Shown: positions 1-13,735, counted from the first letter of the stretch. The stretch: DNA of 64,000 nt from Eledone cirrhosa (GCA_964016885.1 OZ024749.1:29574001-29638000), one strand, 5' to 3'. The notes: generated by a model not told the origin, from the letters alone. Made by a program: numbers and translations.

Positions 1-187
1 ATCATCATCATCATCATCAACAACAATAACAGCATATAAACAGATTTACATAGCAACAGAAACAATAAAAACAACAACAGCAACAACAACAACTATTCCG
101 GCAAAAATACAGTTACATTTACATAGCAACAATAACAATAGTTAGCAACAATAACCACAACAATAACCACAACAGCAACAACTTCAA

Positions 188-231
188 CACACACACACAC
201 AGACAGACACAGACACACACGCATACACACA

Positions 232-274
<43 letters not shown>

Positions 275-288
275 ACACAGACACACAC

Positions 289-326
<38 letters not shown>

Positions 327-340
327 AGACACAGGCACAG

Positions 341-406
<66 letters not shown>

Positions 407-477
407 ACACACAGACACAGACACAGACGCACACACACACACACACACAGACACAGACACAGACGCACACACAGACA

Positions 478-527
<50 letters not shown>

Positions 528-776
528 AATAACATCAGCAACAACAACCACATCATCACCACCATCACCACCAGCACCACCACCAGCACCACCACCAACA
601 CCACCACCATCACCACCAGCACCACCACCAGCACCACCACCAACACCACCACCATCACCACCAGCACCACCACCACCAGCACCACCACCAGCACCAGCAC
701 CACCACCACCAACAACACCAGCAATGACAACAACTTAATCCTCACGACTACTACCACCACCACCACCACCACCACC

Positions 777-807
<31 letters not shown>

Positions 808-830
808 CCACCACCACCACCACCACCAAC
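188..830. repeat. Compound microsatellite (CA)n/(CAGA), (TA)n, (CAC/CAG)n; copy at ~26018-26650
   Basis: Direct reading. Confidence 0.95.
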
Positions 831-992
831 AATAACAACACCAATAATAAAAGATATAATAAATATAAAGTATAAAATAAATAAGGTAAAAGACAAAAGC
901 GGACTTAGTCCTGTCATGAAACCCCAGCTCAGAATCTCATGAAACAAAGTGTAAAATGTAATTATGGCAGATAAATCAATTATATACCAGAA

Positions 993-1286
993 ATAATTGC
1001 TTCTACTTTTGGCACAAGGCTAGCAAAATACCCCAGTGTATTACTGGTACTTTATTTTCTCGACCCTGTAAGAAAGAAAGACAAAGTTAACCTCGGCGAG
1101 ATTTGAATTCAGACCGGAACGCAAAGGGCCATAACTTTATGCTGCAAAGCATGATGATACAAATTAATATGAAATAATGAAAGGCAAAGCTAAACTCGGC
1201 AGCATTTGAACTCGGATTGCAAAGGCCCGTAAACCTATGCCATAAAGCATGTTGTCCGACGCTCTATCGATTCTGCCAAACCGACG
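993..1286 (-). mobile_element. Two degenerate fragments of a tRNA-derived SINE (family S); copy at ~26813-27106
   Basis: Match the family S core ctggtactttattt..gaccc.gtaag.a.gaaag.caaagttaacctcggc..gatttgaa.tcaga seen at 10155-11017. Confidence 0.8.
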
Positions 1287-1683
1287 TTCTAACGACTCTA
1301 TTAATTGGTTGCACACGAACTTAGTAAAATTGTTCACTAGTTGACTCAACAATTCTCGTTAATTGCTCTTGAATGTCCTTGAAAGTCTTCTTTCCTCAGG
1401 TGGTTTAAGATCACTCAAGTGTTTTATTTTAATGGCTTTCAAAAGGAGTAAAAGCGTTATTGTCCTTCAAAAGAAAAACAACCCCAAAACGTTTTAGCTT
1501 CATTTCAAATGCTTCGATGTTCTCAAGCAAAATATTTAAGACTTTTAATAAGATCCCTGTAAATTGATGGATTTATTTCAACATGAAATAATTTCTGTTA
1601 AAAAATATCAAACAAGAAATACACTCAAGAAATACACTCAACGTGAGATAGATTTCTTAACAACTCAGAGATCACAATAATAC

Positions 1684-2280
1684 ACACATACTCCCCCCTC
1701 CGATCCTTTCTTTACACATACTGCCCCCCCCCCCCCCCCTGATCCATTCCTTACACACATTGCACCTCCTCCCCCCTGATCCTTTCTTTACACATGCTGC
1801 ACCCCCCTGATCCTTTCTTTACACATACTTCCTCCCCGATCCTTTCCTTACACATATATTGCCATACCTGATCCTTTCCTTACACACATACTACCCTCCT
1901 GATCTTTTCCTTACATACATACTACCCCGCTGATCCTTTCCTTACACACATGCTGCCCCCTCCTGATCCTTTCTTTACACACATACTGCTACCCCCTGAT
2001 CCTTTCCTTACATACATACTACCCCGCTGATCCTTTCCTTAAATACATTGCTCCCCCCTCCTCATATCCTTTCTTATCACACATTGCCATTCTTCTGATC
2101 CTTTTCCTTACACACATTGCCCCCCCCCCCCTCAGATCGTTTCTTATCACGTATTGCCCCCTCTCAAATCCTATCTCATCACACATTGCGCCCCTCTCTT
2201 TTCTTTCACATATTGCCACCCTCTCTGATCCTTTCCTTACACATTCCCTCCCCTCTTTAATCCTTTCCTCACACATATAC
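1684..2280. repeat. Degenerate ~38-42 bp minisatellite (gatcctttccttacacacatactacccc); copy at ~27490-28076
   Basis: Roughly 15 units with the recurring core gatcctttc(c/t)ttacac. Confidence 0.9.
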
Positions 2281-2597
2281 AACCACCTTGATCATTTTCC
2301 TAACATATTTCTAATAAAAGATACACCGCGATTTTCGTATGATTATTAAAATAATCAAGAATTTGAAAAGACGCAGAAGTAAAACTTTTTCATTTTTAAG
2401 AGAGTGCTTGAAACATAAATTAACAAAGGTTCTTACATAAGAATTATGATGGATGTTTTTTAAATATATATATATATTAAAATAAAGAAGAGAAGAATGG
2501 TATACACTGAGAATATATATTGATTTGACGCTTCATATAGTAGATAAAGTGTCTTGACGTCTCGAACATTAGTCTATCATCGAAAACAACAGAACGA

Positions 2598-2715
2598 GAG
2601 AGAGGCATAGATAGATAGAAAGATAGATAAATTTCTGGATAGATAGATACATAGATAGATAGATAGATAGACAGAGATAGAGAGAGAGATAGAAAGAGAG
2701 ATAGATAGAGAGAGA

Positions 2716-2791
<76 letters not shown>

Positions 2792-2802
2792 GAGAGAGAG
2801 AG
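2598..2802. repeat. (GATA)n/(GA)n microsatellite; copy at ~28392-28633
   Basis: Direct reading. Confidence 0.95.
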
Positions 2803-2990
2803 GTGGAGCTGAGAAGATGTTTGGAAGAAATAGTTCTTTATGTATTGTGCATGTATGTCCATCAGTGCACACAAAATTACATTATTTTAGCTCTGATTTA
2901 GAGTAATTGGCGTTCCATATGTATCACATATATATAATTAATTCGAACAACGCATCCATATATACTGGTAACATGACCATCCCCAATTAT

Positions 2991-3064
<74 letters not shown>

Positions 3065-3193
3065 GTATGTGTCTGTATGTGTGAGTACGTGTGTATACGA
3101 GACGATAAATAAAATTTCATTTGTGTAAATCGTATTCCTACATTGTTTTTCCTGGTATATATGTATATATATATATATTTTTTTTTTTCCCTG

Positions 3194-3295
<102 letters not shown>

Positions 3296-3296
3296 G

Positions 3297-3325
<29 letters not shown>

Positions 3326-3327
<2 letters not shown>

Positions 3328-4042
3328 GATCGTTGCTTTTCCATTAATATCCTCGTGATATTTAATGTTTTGCACCGTGAAACTGTACAGTTAGGGCCAT
3401 TTGAATAGGTAAATATTTATATTATATTTTTTAATTTTGATTAATTTTAATTGTATATTAATTTTGATTTATTTTGAAAAATTGGTTGAATTTTACTTGT
3501 TCTGCTTATCTTGATATTAAGTTCTGGTATATCAAATTATTACCATAGAACCACCTTAAATCATAGACACACTATATATTTCCGGGGGTACATTGTACCC
3601 TCAGATATATATTAACCTTATTCAATAATCTCCAGTATGTAGAGATAAATCTTTGTCGATCTATTTAGTTGCTAAAAATCTTTTTTAGTAGCGATTATAG
3701 ACGGCTAGTCTACGATTTCCCGCCTTCACTATACACCAATGTATTTACGGGTCACTTTCACGACCTTTTAGACCTGTATTAGTTGGAGTGAGGTCATATA
3801 TTTTGTCGTTCCTGGGGTTTTTAACCCTAGGACAGGAAAATGCTTCTCTGATGATCGTTGCTTTTCCATTAATATCCTCGTGATATTTAATGTTTTGCAC
3901 CGTGAAACTGTACAGTTAGGGCCATTAGAATAGGTAAATATTTATATTATATTTTTTAATTTTGATTAATTTTAATTGTATATTAATTTTGATTTATTTT
4001 GAAAAATTGGTTGAATTTTACTTGTTCTGCTTATCTTGATAT
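3326..4042 (+). mobile_element. Hammerhead-bearing element with ~192-bp direct repeats (525-bp period), retrozyme/PLE-pLTR-like, flanked by (TA)n; copy at 29157-29873
   Basis: 3326-3517 is repeated at 3851-4042; each repeat starts in the hammerhead core; no ORF; (TA)n on both sides. Confidence 0.75.
3841..3924 (+). ncRNA. Type I hammerhead ribozyme, imperfect stem I; copy at 29672-29755
   Basis: tgcttct-CTGATGA-[long stem II: cattaa/ttaatg, tatc/gata]-GAAA-ctgtacag-TT-agggcca; stem III is the palindrome aactgtacagtt; stem I needs G-U pairs and one mismatch. Confidence 0.65.
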
Positions 4043-4084
4043 ATATATATATATGTATATATATATGTATATATATATGTGTAA

Positions 4085-4118
<34 letters not shown>

Positions 4119-4266
4119 GTATATATATATGTGTATACATATGTGTATATATATATGTGTATATATATATGTGTATATATATATGTATATATATATATAT
4201 ATATAATATATATATATATGTCTGAATTACTGTTGGCTTGTTGCTTACATTAATTTCTCTATTTTC

Positions 4267-4333
<67 letters not shown>

Positions 4334-4591
4334 CGGTAAGGATAAAGATATTTACATAGATTTAACATAAAAATGCCCAAAGTTGTGTCTGAAAATTAAA
4401 ATAGAATGGTAGTAAAAAAAACTCTGATCGTTTCAAAAAAACAAGTTTTTTTCTCTCTTTCTCCTGCAGTGAAGTTGTTGGAGTTCACATGAGAATAGAC
4501 AGGCAACATAGAGAGAGAGAGAGAGAGAGGGAGAGGGAGAGAGAGAGAGAGAGGGGGGGGGGGGGAGAGAGAGAGAGAGAGAGAGAGAGAG

Positions 4592-4628
<37 letters not shown>

Positions 4629-4633
<5 letters not shown>

Positions 4634-4807
4634 AATGGCTTCTACAGGACTAGAAGGAAATCATCAGGAAAGGGCTTTCCCGATGATTTCCTCCGAATGA
4701 AACAGTTCTAGTCCTGTAGAAGCCATTTCTATATTATATATTTATACTCTGCTATGTATTGAGTACCTTACTTACTGTGATTACCCCCGATTGAACCCGG
4801 GATAAAC
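4629..4807 (+). mobile_element. PLE-like terminal fragment family B with 5' inverted segment; copy at ~30432-30610
   Basis: Homologous to 48972-49110 and 47731-47923; inverted arms atagaaatggcttctacaggactagaa / ttctagtcctgtagaagccatttctat. Confidence 0.8.
4673..4724 (+). ncRNA. Hammerhead ribozyme, core variant CCGAUGA (probably inactive); copy at 30476-30527
   Basis: ggctttc-CCGATGA-tttcctccgaat-GAAA-cagttctagtcctg-TA-gaagcc; the adjacent inverted arm keeps the canonical core (tcatcagg = cctgatga). Confidence 0.65.
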
Positions 4808-4853
4808 ACAGACACACACACACACACACACATACACACACAGACACACACAT

Positions 4854-4910
<57 letters not shown>

Positions 4911-5090
4911 ACGAAGGAATTGTGGTAAGGAACCAGGTGGACCATAACGCACCAGAGTACTCAATAGTTAGGGTAGTAGAGTGGGTAATAGGAAAAAGTA
5001 TGAGCCCCGACGGCAGAGATAAAGCCGTTTCGAGTCCAGAAATAGCCGTCGAAACGGCTTGAGCTCTGCCGTCGGGGTTATACTTTTTCC
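4911..5090 (-). mobile_element. PLE-like terminal fragment family A with inverted segment, in (TA)n; copy at 30716-30895
   Basis: Homologous to 5712, 11226, 14994, 15168 and 53412; contains the 3' half of a hammerhead (GAAA-cggct..gccg-TC-gggg). Confidence 0.8.
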
Positions 5091-5682
5091 TATATATATA
5101 TATGTATGTATATATATATATATATACACACACACATATATATATATATATACATAGAAACACACACGTTTGTTTCTCGACTGGCCATTAGAACCGACTG
5201 TTTACATAAATTATTGAAAAAACAAATATCGTTTTTATATTGTCTCTGTTACTCTTGCTGTTGTTGTTGTTGTTTTTTTTTGTTTTTTATGTTGCTCCTG
5301 CTGTTGTTGTTGCTTCAGCAAAAAAAGTCTACTGCTGTCACTGCCCTCTGGAGGCAGCAGGGGGCGTTAAATTTGAAGAATCTATTTATGGAATCGAAGC
5401 TCTAACGAAAATGACTTAACAATAACAACAGCAAGAACAACAACAACTTCTAGAACACACAAAACAACATATTTCTTTATTTTCCAATCCAAACACTACC
5501 ACCACCTCCACCACCATCTCTACCATCACCTCCACCACCACCACCATCAACACCACCTCTAATACCAGCACCTCCACCAACACCACCTCTACCACCACCA
5601 CCATCACCATCACCTCCTCATCACACACACACACACACACACATACATATATATACAAATATATATATAAATATTTATGCAT

Positions 5683-5711
<29 letters not shown>

Positions 5712-5713
<2 letters not shown>

Positions 5714-5869
5714 GGAACCGGTAAGACCCCGACGGCTGAGCTCAAGCCGTTTCGACGGCTAATTCTAGACGTCGGGGTCTTACCGGTTCCTATTACCCAC
5801 TCTACTACCCCAAGTATTGAGTACTTTGGTGCGTTATGGTCCACCTGGTTCCTTACCACATTTCCTTCG

Positions 5870-5871
<2 letters not shown>
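5712..5871 (+). mobile_element. Family A element in (TA)n, present only in copy 1
   Basis: Inverted arms ggaaccggtaagaccccgac / gtcggggtcttaccggttcc, then the family A tail; the matching tract in copy 2 holds a different insert. Confidence 0.85.
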
Positions 5872-5921
<50 letters not shown>

Positions 5922-7769
5922 CTGCTCTGTAAAACAACTGATGTTGTTACATTGAGCTATTTATCTTACTGGTAATAAGATAGTAATAAATTACTGTCTT
6001 TCACTATTTAGGGTATAATATATATATATATATATATATAACTATAAAAGGTTTTAGTATATACATAACCATAGATAGTATCCTTAATACTATATATATA
6101 TATATATATATATGGGATAACAAGTTATCGTTATAGGTAATCCAGTTAGAGGTTGTGAGTACTCCGTTTTGTGGATAGTTTCAACGTGCGGCTTTTTTTG
6201 ACTCAACAAGATGCTTCCATAGTTATGCAGCGAGATCGCGGTAATTTTTATGCAGGTTATACTTGGAGTAATAATAGTTAAAGAATGAAGATTAACATGG
6301 TTGGTTGTACAATAAGGGGCTTTATTTAAAGTACTGACAATTGTTTCGTTTATCATGTGGGTCTAGAGTTCGCTAATCGCTTGATGTTGCGTTATTCGAT
6401 CTCCAATACTCCAATACATTATTCACCTATGGTCAACACATCAGAGTATGTAGATATGAAAATAATTCACTCGTGGCAAGACTTATATAGAGAAATAGCG
6501 TATAATTAAAACAATAACATCAATAATAAAATAGCGTATAATCTAAACAATGACATCAATAATAATACATGTATGGTAAATAGGTAGAGAAGTTACAGAT
6601 GTAAAACGTAAAAGTAGAATGTAAGATAGGGTACATAAAAAAGTAAGAAAATGAGAGAATGGAAAATATAAAGAGATAAATAAATAAGTGAGAGCTTATA
6701 AGTACATAGTAGTAGTTTTTGAGTAAGTGTTCTTATAAGGATTCGTTGGTGGGAAACTAGATTCGAGATGTACACACACACGCACGCACACACACACGCA
6801 AACATACACACACACACACACATATATTTATCATATATATATATGCTCATCGGAAAAAATGAAACGATATTTCATTTCCCACTCTTAGTACGGCTGTTAC
6901 TTAAATATAAGTATGTACACGTACATACATATATGTATACCGACGTACAGTAGTATGTATATATATATACATACATGCACACATATATATATGCACGTAT
7001 GGATTCACCGAACATTTATTATAATGCTCGGTGTGTTTGTAAACAAACATCCCGTATTAAGCCGTAGTGTCTAGCAACCACCGTTGCTCGTTTGTTCAAC
7101 ACTGACAAAGGAACGCTGTACTAGTTTCAAGCTTGTTAGCTATCGTCAGCAACGTATACCTTCCTGCCAGATTGTTGAACGTATATACTCATCATTTTCT
7201 TTCAAAGTCTTATTACAAACCATTTTCACTCTATCTTTTTTCTCTATTTTCTTTTCTTTTCTCCATTTTCTTTGATTTCTTCCTTAGTATTTTCTTCCAT
7301 TCTTCGTCTAGTTCTTTCCTTCATTCAGACATTCATACACTCCTTCGTTAAAGTAGCACAGTCAGAGTTATTGAAAAGTCTGATTAAGTGGTCCGCTAGC
7401 TTTTGAGGCTCTGTGTGTGTTCTGAGTTCAAATCTCACCTGTCCCCTTTTACAGAAGAAGCGCAGCCACTGTTGTCAGGTGTTTCAATCGACAAAGCCAA
7501 TGGAAACATTGCTCCCTAGGAGCGATTTGACTATCGGATCTTTTACTGTTTTTTTTTGGAACAGAACACTTAGGCCCTAGAATCATTGTAAGGAATTCTA
7601 AAAACTTTAATGCGAACCTTGAACATTTCTTCAGAAGGAAATGTCAGCTTTTATGATGACCCCCCCCCCCACACAAACGTTTATGATACACCTCACTAAC
7701 TGTATAACTTATCGAGGATGGATTCTCCCGACATGAACATGAACCGGCTCTAAAAGTCTAAAGTCTGTT

Positions 7770-8160
7770 TCAAGCCTGGTGGCTCATCAAATCTGCGCTA
7801 TCCCGGTTTTCGTGGCGTGAAGCGACTGAGAGTACAAGACCCCTTTCCTGGACAGGACGTCTGTCCATCACAGTTTAAAGTCTGCCTGGCGTTCGGAGAA
7901 TCATTAGGCCGGTTCTTATTCCGGTTTCCGTGGCGTGAAGCGACTGAGAGTAGAAGACTACACTCCCTGGACAGGACACCAGGTTTAATCTCCATCGCAG
8001 GCTTAAACTCCTAGCTATTGTTGATACTCATTTCCAGTTGAGTATACTGGAGCAAGGTGAAATCAAGTGTTTTTCTCAAGAACACAACACACAACCAAGC
8101 CCATAAATCGAACCCACGACTTTATGATCCTAAGTCCAGCACCCTTATCACTAGGCCCTA
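7770..8160 (-). mobile_element. tRNA-derived SINE (family T) with internally duplicated 3' part; copy at ~33366-33756
   Basis: B-box-like aatcgaaccc (ggttcgatt on minus), A-box remnant cactaggcc, core gtgttcttgagaaaaacactt; homologous to 55130-55375. Confidence 0.8.
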
Positions 8161-8193
8161 TATCCTATTAATTAACGATACTGTTTTCCAAGT

Positions 8194-8570
8194 GAAGGCA
8201 TAAGGGTGAGCTGAGTGTCTAAGCTGTTCGCCTCACAATCGTAAGGTCATGAGTTCGATTTTCAGTGGCGTGTTTTGTCCTTGAATAAGACATTTTATTT
8301 CACACTATTCCATTCCATTCCACTGGCAAAAAACAAACAAAAAACAAAAACAAATGAGTTTTATCTGTATTTCAAAGCGCTAGGGTAAGCCTTGTCAACA
8401 CACTGTATGGCGCTGAATTCTCCCTGAAAACTATATTCTCCCTGAAAACTATATTCTCCCTGAAAACTATATTAAGGATACACGTCTTTATGAAATTCTC
8501 AGCCACTTACACGTTCCATTGATATGAACAACTGACACCAATATTCCTCATCAGAACCGACGGAGGTTCC
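8194..8570 (+). mobile_element. Degenerate tRNA-derived SINE; copy at ~33790-34148
   Basis: B-box gagttcgatt followed by gtgttttgtccttgaataagacattttatttcac, the same core as 62036-62330. Confidence 0.7.
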
Positions 8571-8899
8571 ACCAATATTTACTCCAAAGATGTAAATAAA
8601 CGTAGTTTTTCTGCAACATTTATTTATTGGAGAATTTAAAGCGGTGAACATTTTCTTAAAAGGTGACTTGTTTATTCAAAGAACATCAATGATATTTATC
8701 ACTTTCGTTGCCAAGTTTTTGGGATTCTGAAATAAGTTGTTTTATTTTTTCGATGCAAATCTGGAATTAATGCTTGGAAGCATGCTTATGAATATTTACC
8801 AAAAGACATGGAAATTTGCTATATCAAATTGAATGTATTGTGATTGCAGACCAATAAAACTACCGATAAAGAGACAGCCACACGCGAAAAATAAAAGAA

Positions 8900-9395
8900 T
8901 GAGAATATTGTTGTAAAGCTTTGGAACGTTTAATGGGTCTGGCTCTGAATTTAGCAGACGACAATATGGTTTTGAGAAGAACTTCAGACAAAATGTTTAC
9001 ACTTTCCAATGGCAATTGTTTTTATCTTCATCTGGCCAACGAACGGATGTTTATGTTGGTTTGAGTTGAAAGAAAACTCCGCATTCACTTTTATTGAAAA
9101 ATCTTCAAACTGGAATAACGGATCTGTTCGGAAACGTTATTTAGATATGACCAACAGTAAAATGATGATAGCTCGCATGTCCCAGATATTTATCCTGCCA
9201 TGACTCGCACCACGACTCTGTTCAAAACCATGACTCCATGGCACAGTTTAAGGGGACAGAAGAAGAAGCAGACAAAAGAAAATGTTGGTCCGACAAATCA
9301 CTTAATGGACAGGTCACAACACTAAGACCGTTCTGGGTTTAATAACGGCTAGGGATCAGACACCATTGGCGATTCGTGAGTGCCAGAACTGAGCT
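8900..9395 (+). mobile_element. Decayed RTE-clade LINE, 3' part of ORF2; copy at ~34480-34973
   Basis: Frameshifted translation gives ..HDS..KT.LHGTV.GDRRRSRQKKCWSD..WTG, matching the RTE C-terminal motif KxILQGxVEGxRRRGRQ(R/K)KxWxDNIKEWTG. Confidence 0.7.
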
Positions 9396-9672
9396 GACAA
9401 CGCCAAAGACTGGAGAAGTCATAGCACTAAGACTCTTCTGGGTATAATAAGTGTCATTGGAGATTGCTGTCTGCCTGAACTTGTCTGACAACGCCAAAGA
9501 CTGGAGAAGTCATAGCACTAAGACTCTTCTGGGTATAATAAGTGTCATTGGAGATTGCTGTCTGCCTGAACTTGTCTGACAACGCCAAAGACTGGAGAAG
9601 TCATAGCACTAAGACTCTTCTGGGTATAATAAGTGTCATTGGAGATTGCTGTCTGCCTGAACTTGTCTGACA
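9396..9672 (+). repeat. 91-bp minisatellite, 3 units, with degenerate units continuing to ~9860
   Basis: gacaacgccaaagactgg recurs at 9396, 9487 and 9578. Confidence 0.95.
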
Positions 9673-9861
9673 AACCAATTAATGGTCATATCTCAACACT
9701 AAGACCCTTGTGAGTATAACAGGGGCTAGGGGCCAGACATCATTAATGATAGCTAACTGTGAGAACTTGTCAATTAATGGACATTAAGATCCTTCTGGCT
9801 ATAATGGAGGATAGAGATCGTTGGTGACTGCCAGAACTTGAATGACAAAATCAAAGACCGG

Positions 9862-9931
<70 letters not shown>

Positions 9932-10154
9932 CCACATACACACACATACACACACATACACATACACACACACACATACACACACACACACATACACACA
10001 CACACACACATACACACACATACACACCCACACATACACACACACACACACACACATACACACACAAACACAACGATCATTCTAAATGGAGATCAGTGGT
10101 GATTGCTGACCGTCAGGAATGACACCCAAATAACTGGCTGCAATAGATACAAGA

Positions 10155-11017
10155 TAATTGTTTCTACTTTTGGCACAAGGCCAGCAATTACCCAGTGCAT
10201 TACTGGTACTTTATTTTATCGAGCCCCGTAAGGATGAAAGGCAAAGTCAACCTCGACAGGATTTGAACTCAGATCGTAAAGTGACGTAACTATGCTGGAA
10301 AGCATGGCGTCCGACCCTCTACCGATACTGCCAATCCACCGCCCAATCCGCCGCAATAGATACAAGATAATTGTTTCTATTTTAGGCACAAGGCCGCAAT
10401 TACCCAGTACATTACTGGTACTTTATTTTATCGACCCCGTAAGGATGAAAGGCAAAGTTAACCTCGGCGGGATTTGAACTCAGAATAGATACAAGATAAT
10501 GATGATAATTCTGTTTAGAAAAAATATATTAAATTGAGTTAAAGACGTAAAAGATGGCAGCCATATCTTTAGACTGTACGTCATATAATTTTTTTCTACT
10601 TTTGGCACAAGGCCAGAAATTACCCAGTACATTACTCGTACTTTATTTTATCGACCCCCCGTAAGGATGAAAGGCAAAGTTAACCTCGGCGGGATTTGAA
10701 CTCAGAATGGAAAGGGCCGTAACTCTATGCGTCAAAGCATGACGTCCAACCCTCTACCGATACTGCCAATCCACCGCCCTTATATAATAAACGTAATGAA
10801 GGCTTAACAAATCGTCCTTGTATTATTATAATTGTTTCTACTTTTGGCACACGGCCAGCAATTACCCAGTACATTACTGGTACTTTATTTTATCGACCCC
10901 GTAAGGATGAAAGGCAAAGGTAACCTCGACGGGATTTGAACTCAGACCGTAAAGGGACGTAACTATGCTAGAAAGCATGGCTTCCAACCCTCTACCGATA
11001 CTGCCAATTCACCGCCT
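10155..11017 (-). mobile_element. Cluster of four co-oriented family S SINE copies (~10155-10343, 10364-10484, 10587-10779, 10828-11017); copy at ~37099-37963
   Basis: Minus strand reads ggcggtg(g/a)attggcagtatcggtagag (A-box-like) ... ctgagttcaaatcc (B box) ... gcctttcatccttacggggtcgataaaataaagtaccag (conserved core). Confidence 0.88.
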
Positions 11018-11225
11018 ATACGTCATATAATGTTGACATATGGAGTAGATTTCAGTGGCAATAAAATTGGAAAATGAGTCATTTCTATAAAGAAACATCT
11101 TGTCATTTATTAAAGAATTCTAGATATTACTAAATAATGATTATATGAAAGAAGATAATTACAAGAAAGTTGATTTCCTGAGAGTTGTATATATATAGCA
11201 AAAAGTATGACTAAATTAGAATTTT

Positions 11226-11363
11226 TAGTCCAGAAATAGCCGTCGAAACGGCTTGAGCTCTGCCGTCGGGGTCATATTTTTTCCTATTTCCCACTCTACT
11301 ACCCTAAGTATTGAGTACTCTGGTGCGTTATGGTCCAGCTGGTTCCTTACCACAATTCCTTTG

Positions 11364-11364
<1 letters not shown>
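11226..11364 (+). mobile_element. Family A element, 5'-truncated, followed by (TA)n; copy at ~38166-38310
   Basis: agtccagaaatagccgtcgaaacggcttgagctc...tattgagtac...ggttccttaccacaattcc. Confidence 0.8.
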
Positions 11365-11413
<49 letters not shown>

Positions 11414-11540
11414 AAGGGTTTAGATCGAGAGCCAATGATTTCGATATCGTTGCACACACACACATTTGTATATATATATATATGTGTATATATAAATATA
11501 TATATATATACATATATATATATGTATATATATATGTATG

Positions 11541-11627
<87 letters not shown>

Positions 11628-11787
11628 TTATATATATACACATATGTATATATATATATATAGTAAATAGTGCTTACATTGTATTTGACTAAGTAAAATT
11701 AATCTATTAGTTGGGATTTAAAAAAAAACACATGAAAAAGGATGGCATTGACGTACATGGGACCCGAATCCACATCTTTGGTTTGCC

Positions 11788-11879
<92 letters not shown>

Positions 11880-11893
11880 ATATATATATATAT

Positions 11894-11929
<36 letters not shown>

Positions 11930-11931
<2 letters not shown>

Positions 11932-12316
11932 TGGCTGCCAACTCGTTTTCGAGTACGGCCACTACTTTATATCCATGTAGGAGAACCCCTACCGATGCGC
12001 TGAACGAGTTTGACTTTTTAGTCCAGCCTGCGACATGAAAACTCTGGTACAAACACTACACTTGTGACAATTATTGACACATAGTGCTGGGCCCACGGTA
12101 CCATGTGACGACAAGTGCAGAGAGATCTCCAGATATAAAGCAATGCCTGTGCCGTGAAGCTTTTATAGTGAGCAAAGGCACTGCACAAAGCCAGTCCCAC
12201 TCTCTTAACCAAGATGATATTTACCAAAAAGAAGAACAAGTCAACATCATTGGATACCATCAGGGTTGCAGGTGTTATATCAGAGTTTTCTTTCTAGAAT
12301 TCTGCCTTGACAAAGG

Positions 12317-12318
<2 letters not shown>
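11930..12318 (-). mobile_element. 3' end of an RTE-type LINE (terminal C2H2-like finger plus short 3'UTR) between (TA)n tracts; copy at 38990-39378
   Basis: Minus frame reads [25 protein letters not shown], resembling the CxxCxRxFxSxxGLxSHxRxH end of RTE ORF2, then a short UTR with hairpin actcg-aaaa-cgagt. Confidence 0.6.
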
Positions 12319-12388
<70 letters not shown>

Positions 12389-12581
12389 CAATAATAATGA
12401 GTTCAAATCTCAGGCAGTCTTTTACAATGAAATAGCTCAAAGAAAGAGTATTTCTGAGCCGTGTAATACAGGTTAATATAAATTAATATATTTGATAAAA
12501 ACAAATACCAACATATTCATGTTTGTATTGTAAATGACCAAGTTAGCTAGATTGAAATATACTAATAATAATATTACAGTT

Positions 12582-12617
<36 letters not shown>

Positions 12618-12953
12618 CATATATCTCAGTGTGTGTGTGTGTGTGTGTGTGTATTTACATTCAAATATTTTATTTCCATTCAGAAAACTATATGTATAAT
12701 ATATTTACCCAACCGATTAATGGGAGATTATTAAGAAACGAAATATATAATTTTATGGAAGATATTTGCAGAAGTTGCTGTAGTTGTGTATAGTTGGTAT
12801 AGTTGTGTACCGCTGGCTTAGACTAAATACTCCTATATTTCTCCTTCTTTGTCACAGAACTATTGTGGATATCAAGTTTGAACATTATTCGATAGATTGG
12901 CAATGATGCAATCTTGAAATAACCTTAAAACTGGATCTTCCCGCCAATAAAAA

Positions 12954-13735
<782 letters not shown>

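Noticed and set aside
93-947. Long ORFs of VC, poly-V, poly-G, YI, HT and LS repeats here and throughout the window
   Set aside because: They are translations of (CA)n, (TA)n, (GA)n and (CAC)n microsatellites, open on several frames and strands, and their lengths differ between the two copies.
6090-6356. 88-aa ORF (117 aa in copy 2) and a faint GIY-YIG-like NFYAGYT on the plus strand
   Set aside because: There is no convincing motif set, and the frames are interrupted by stops or run into (TA)n.
11990-12075. C2H2 zinc-finger gene exon
   Set aside because: It is a single degenerate finger followed by a stop, a short UTR and (TA)n, which is better explained as an RTE LINE terminus.
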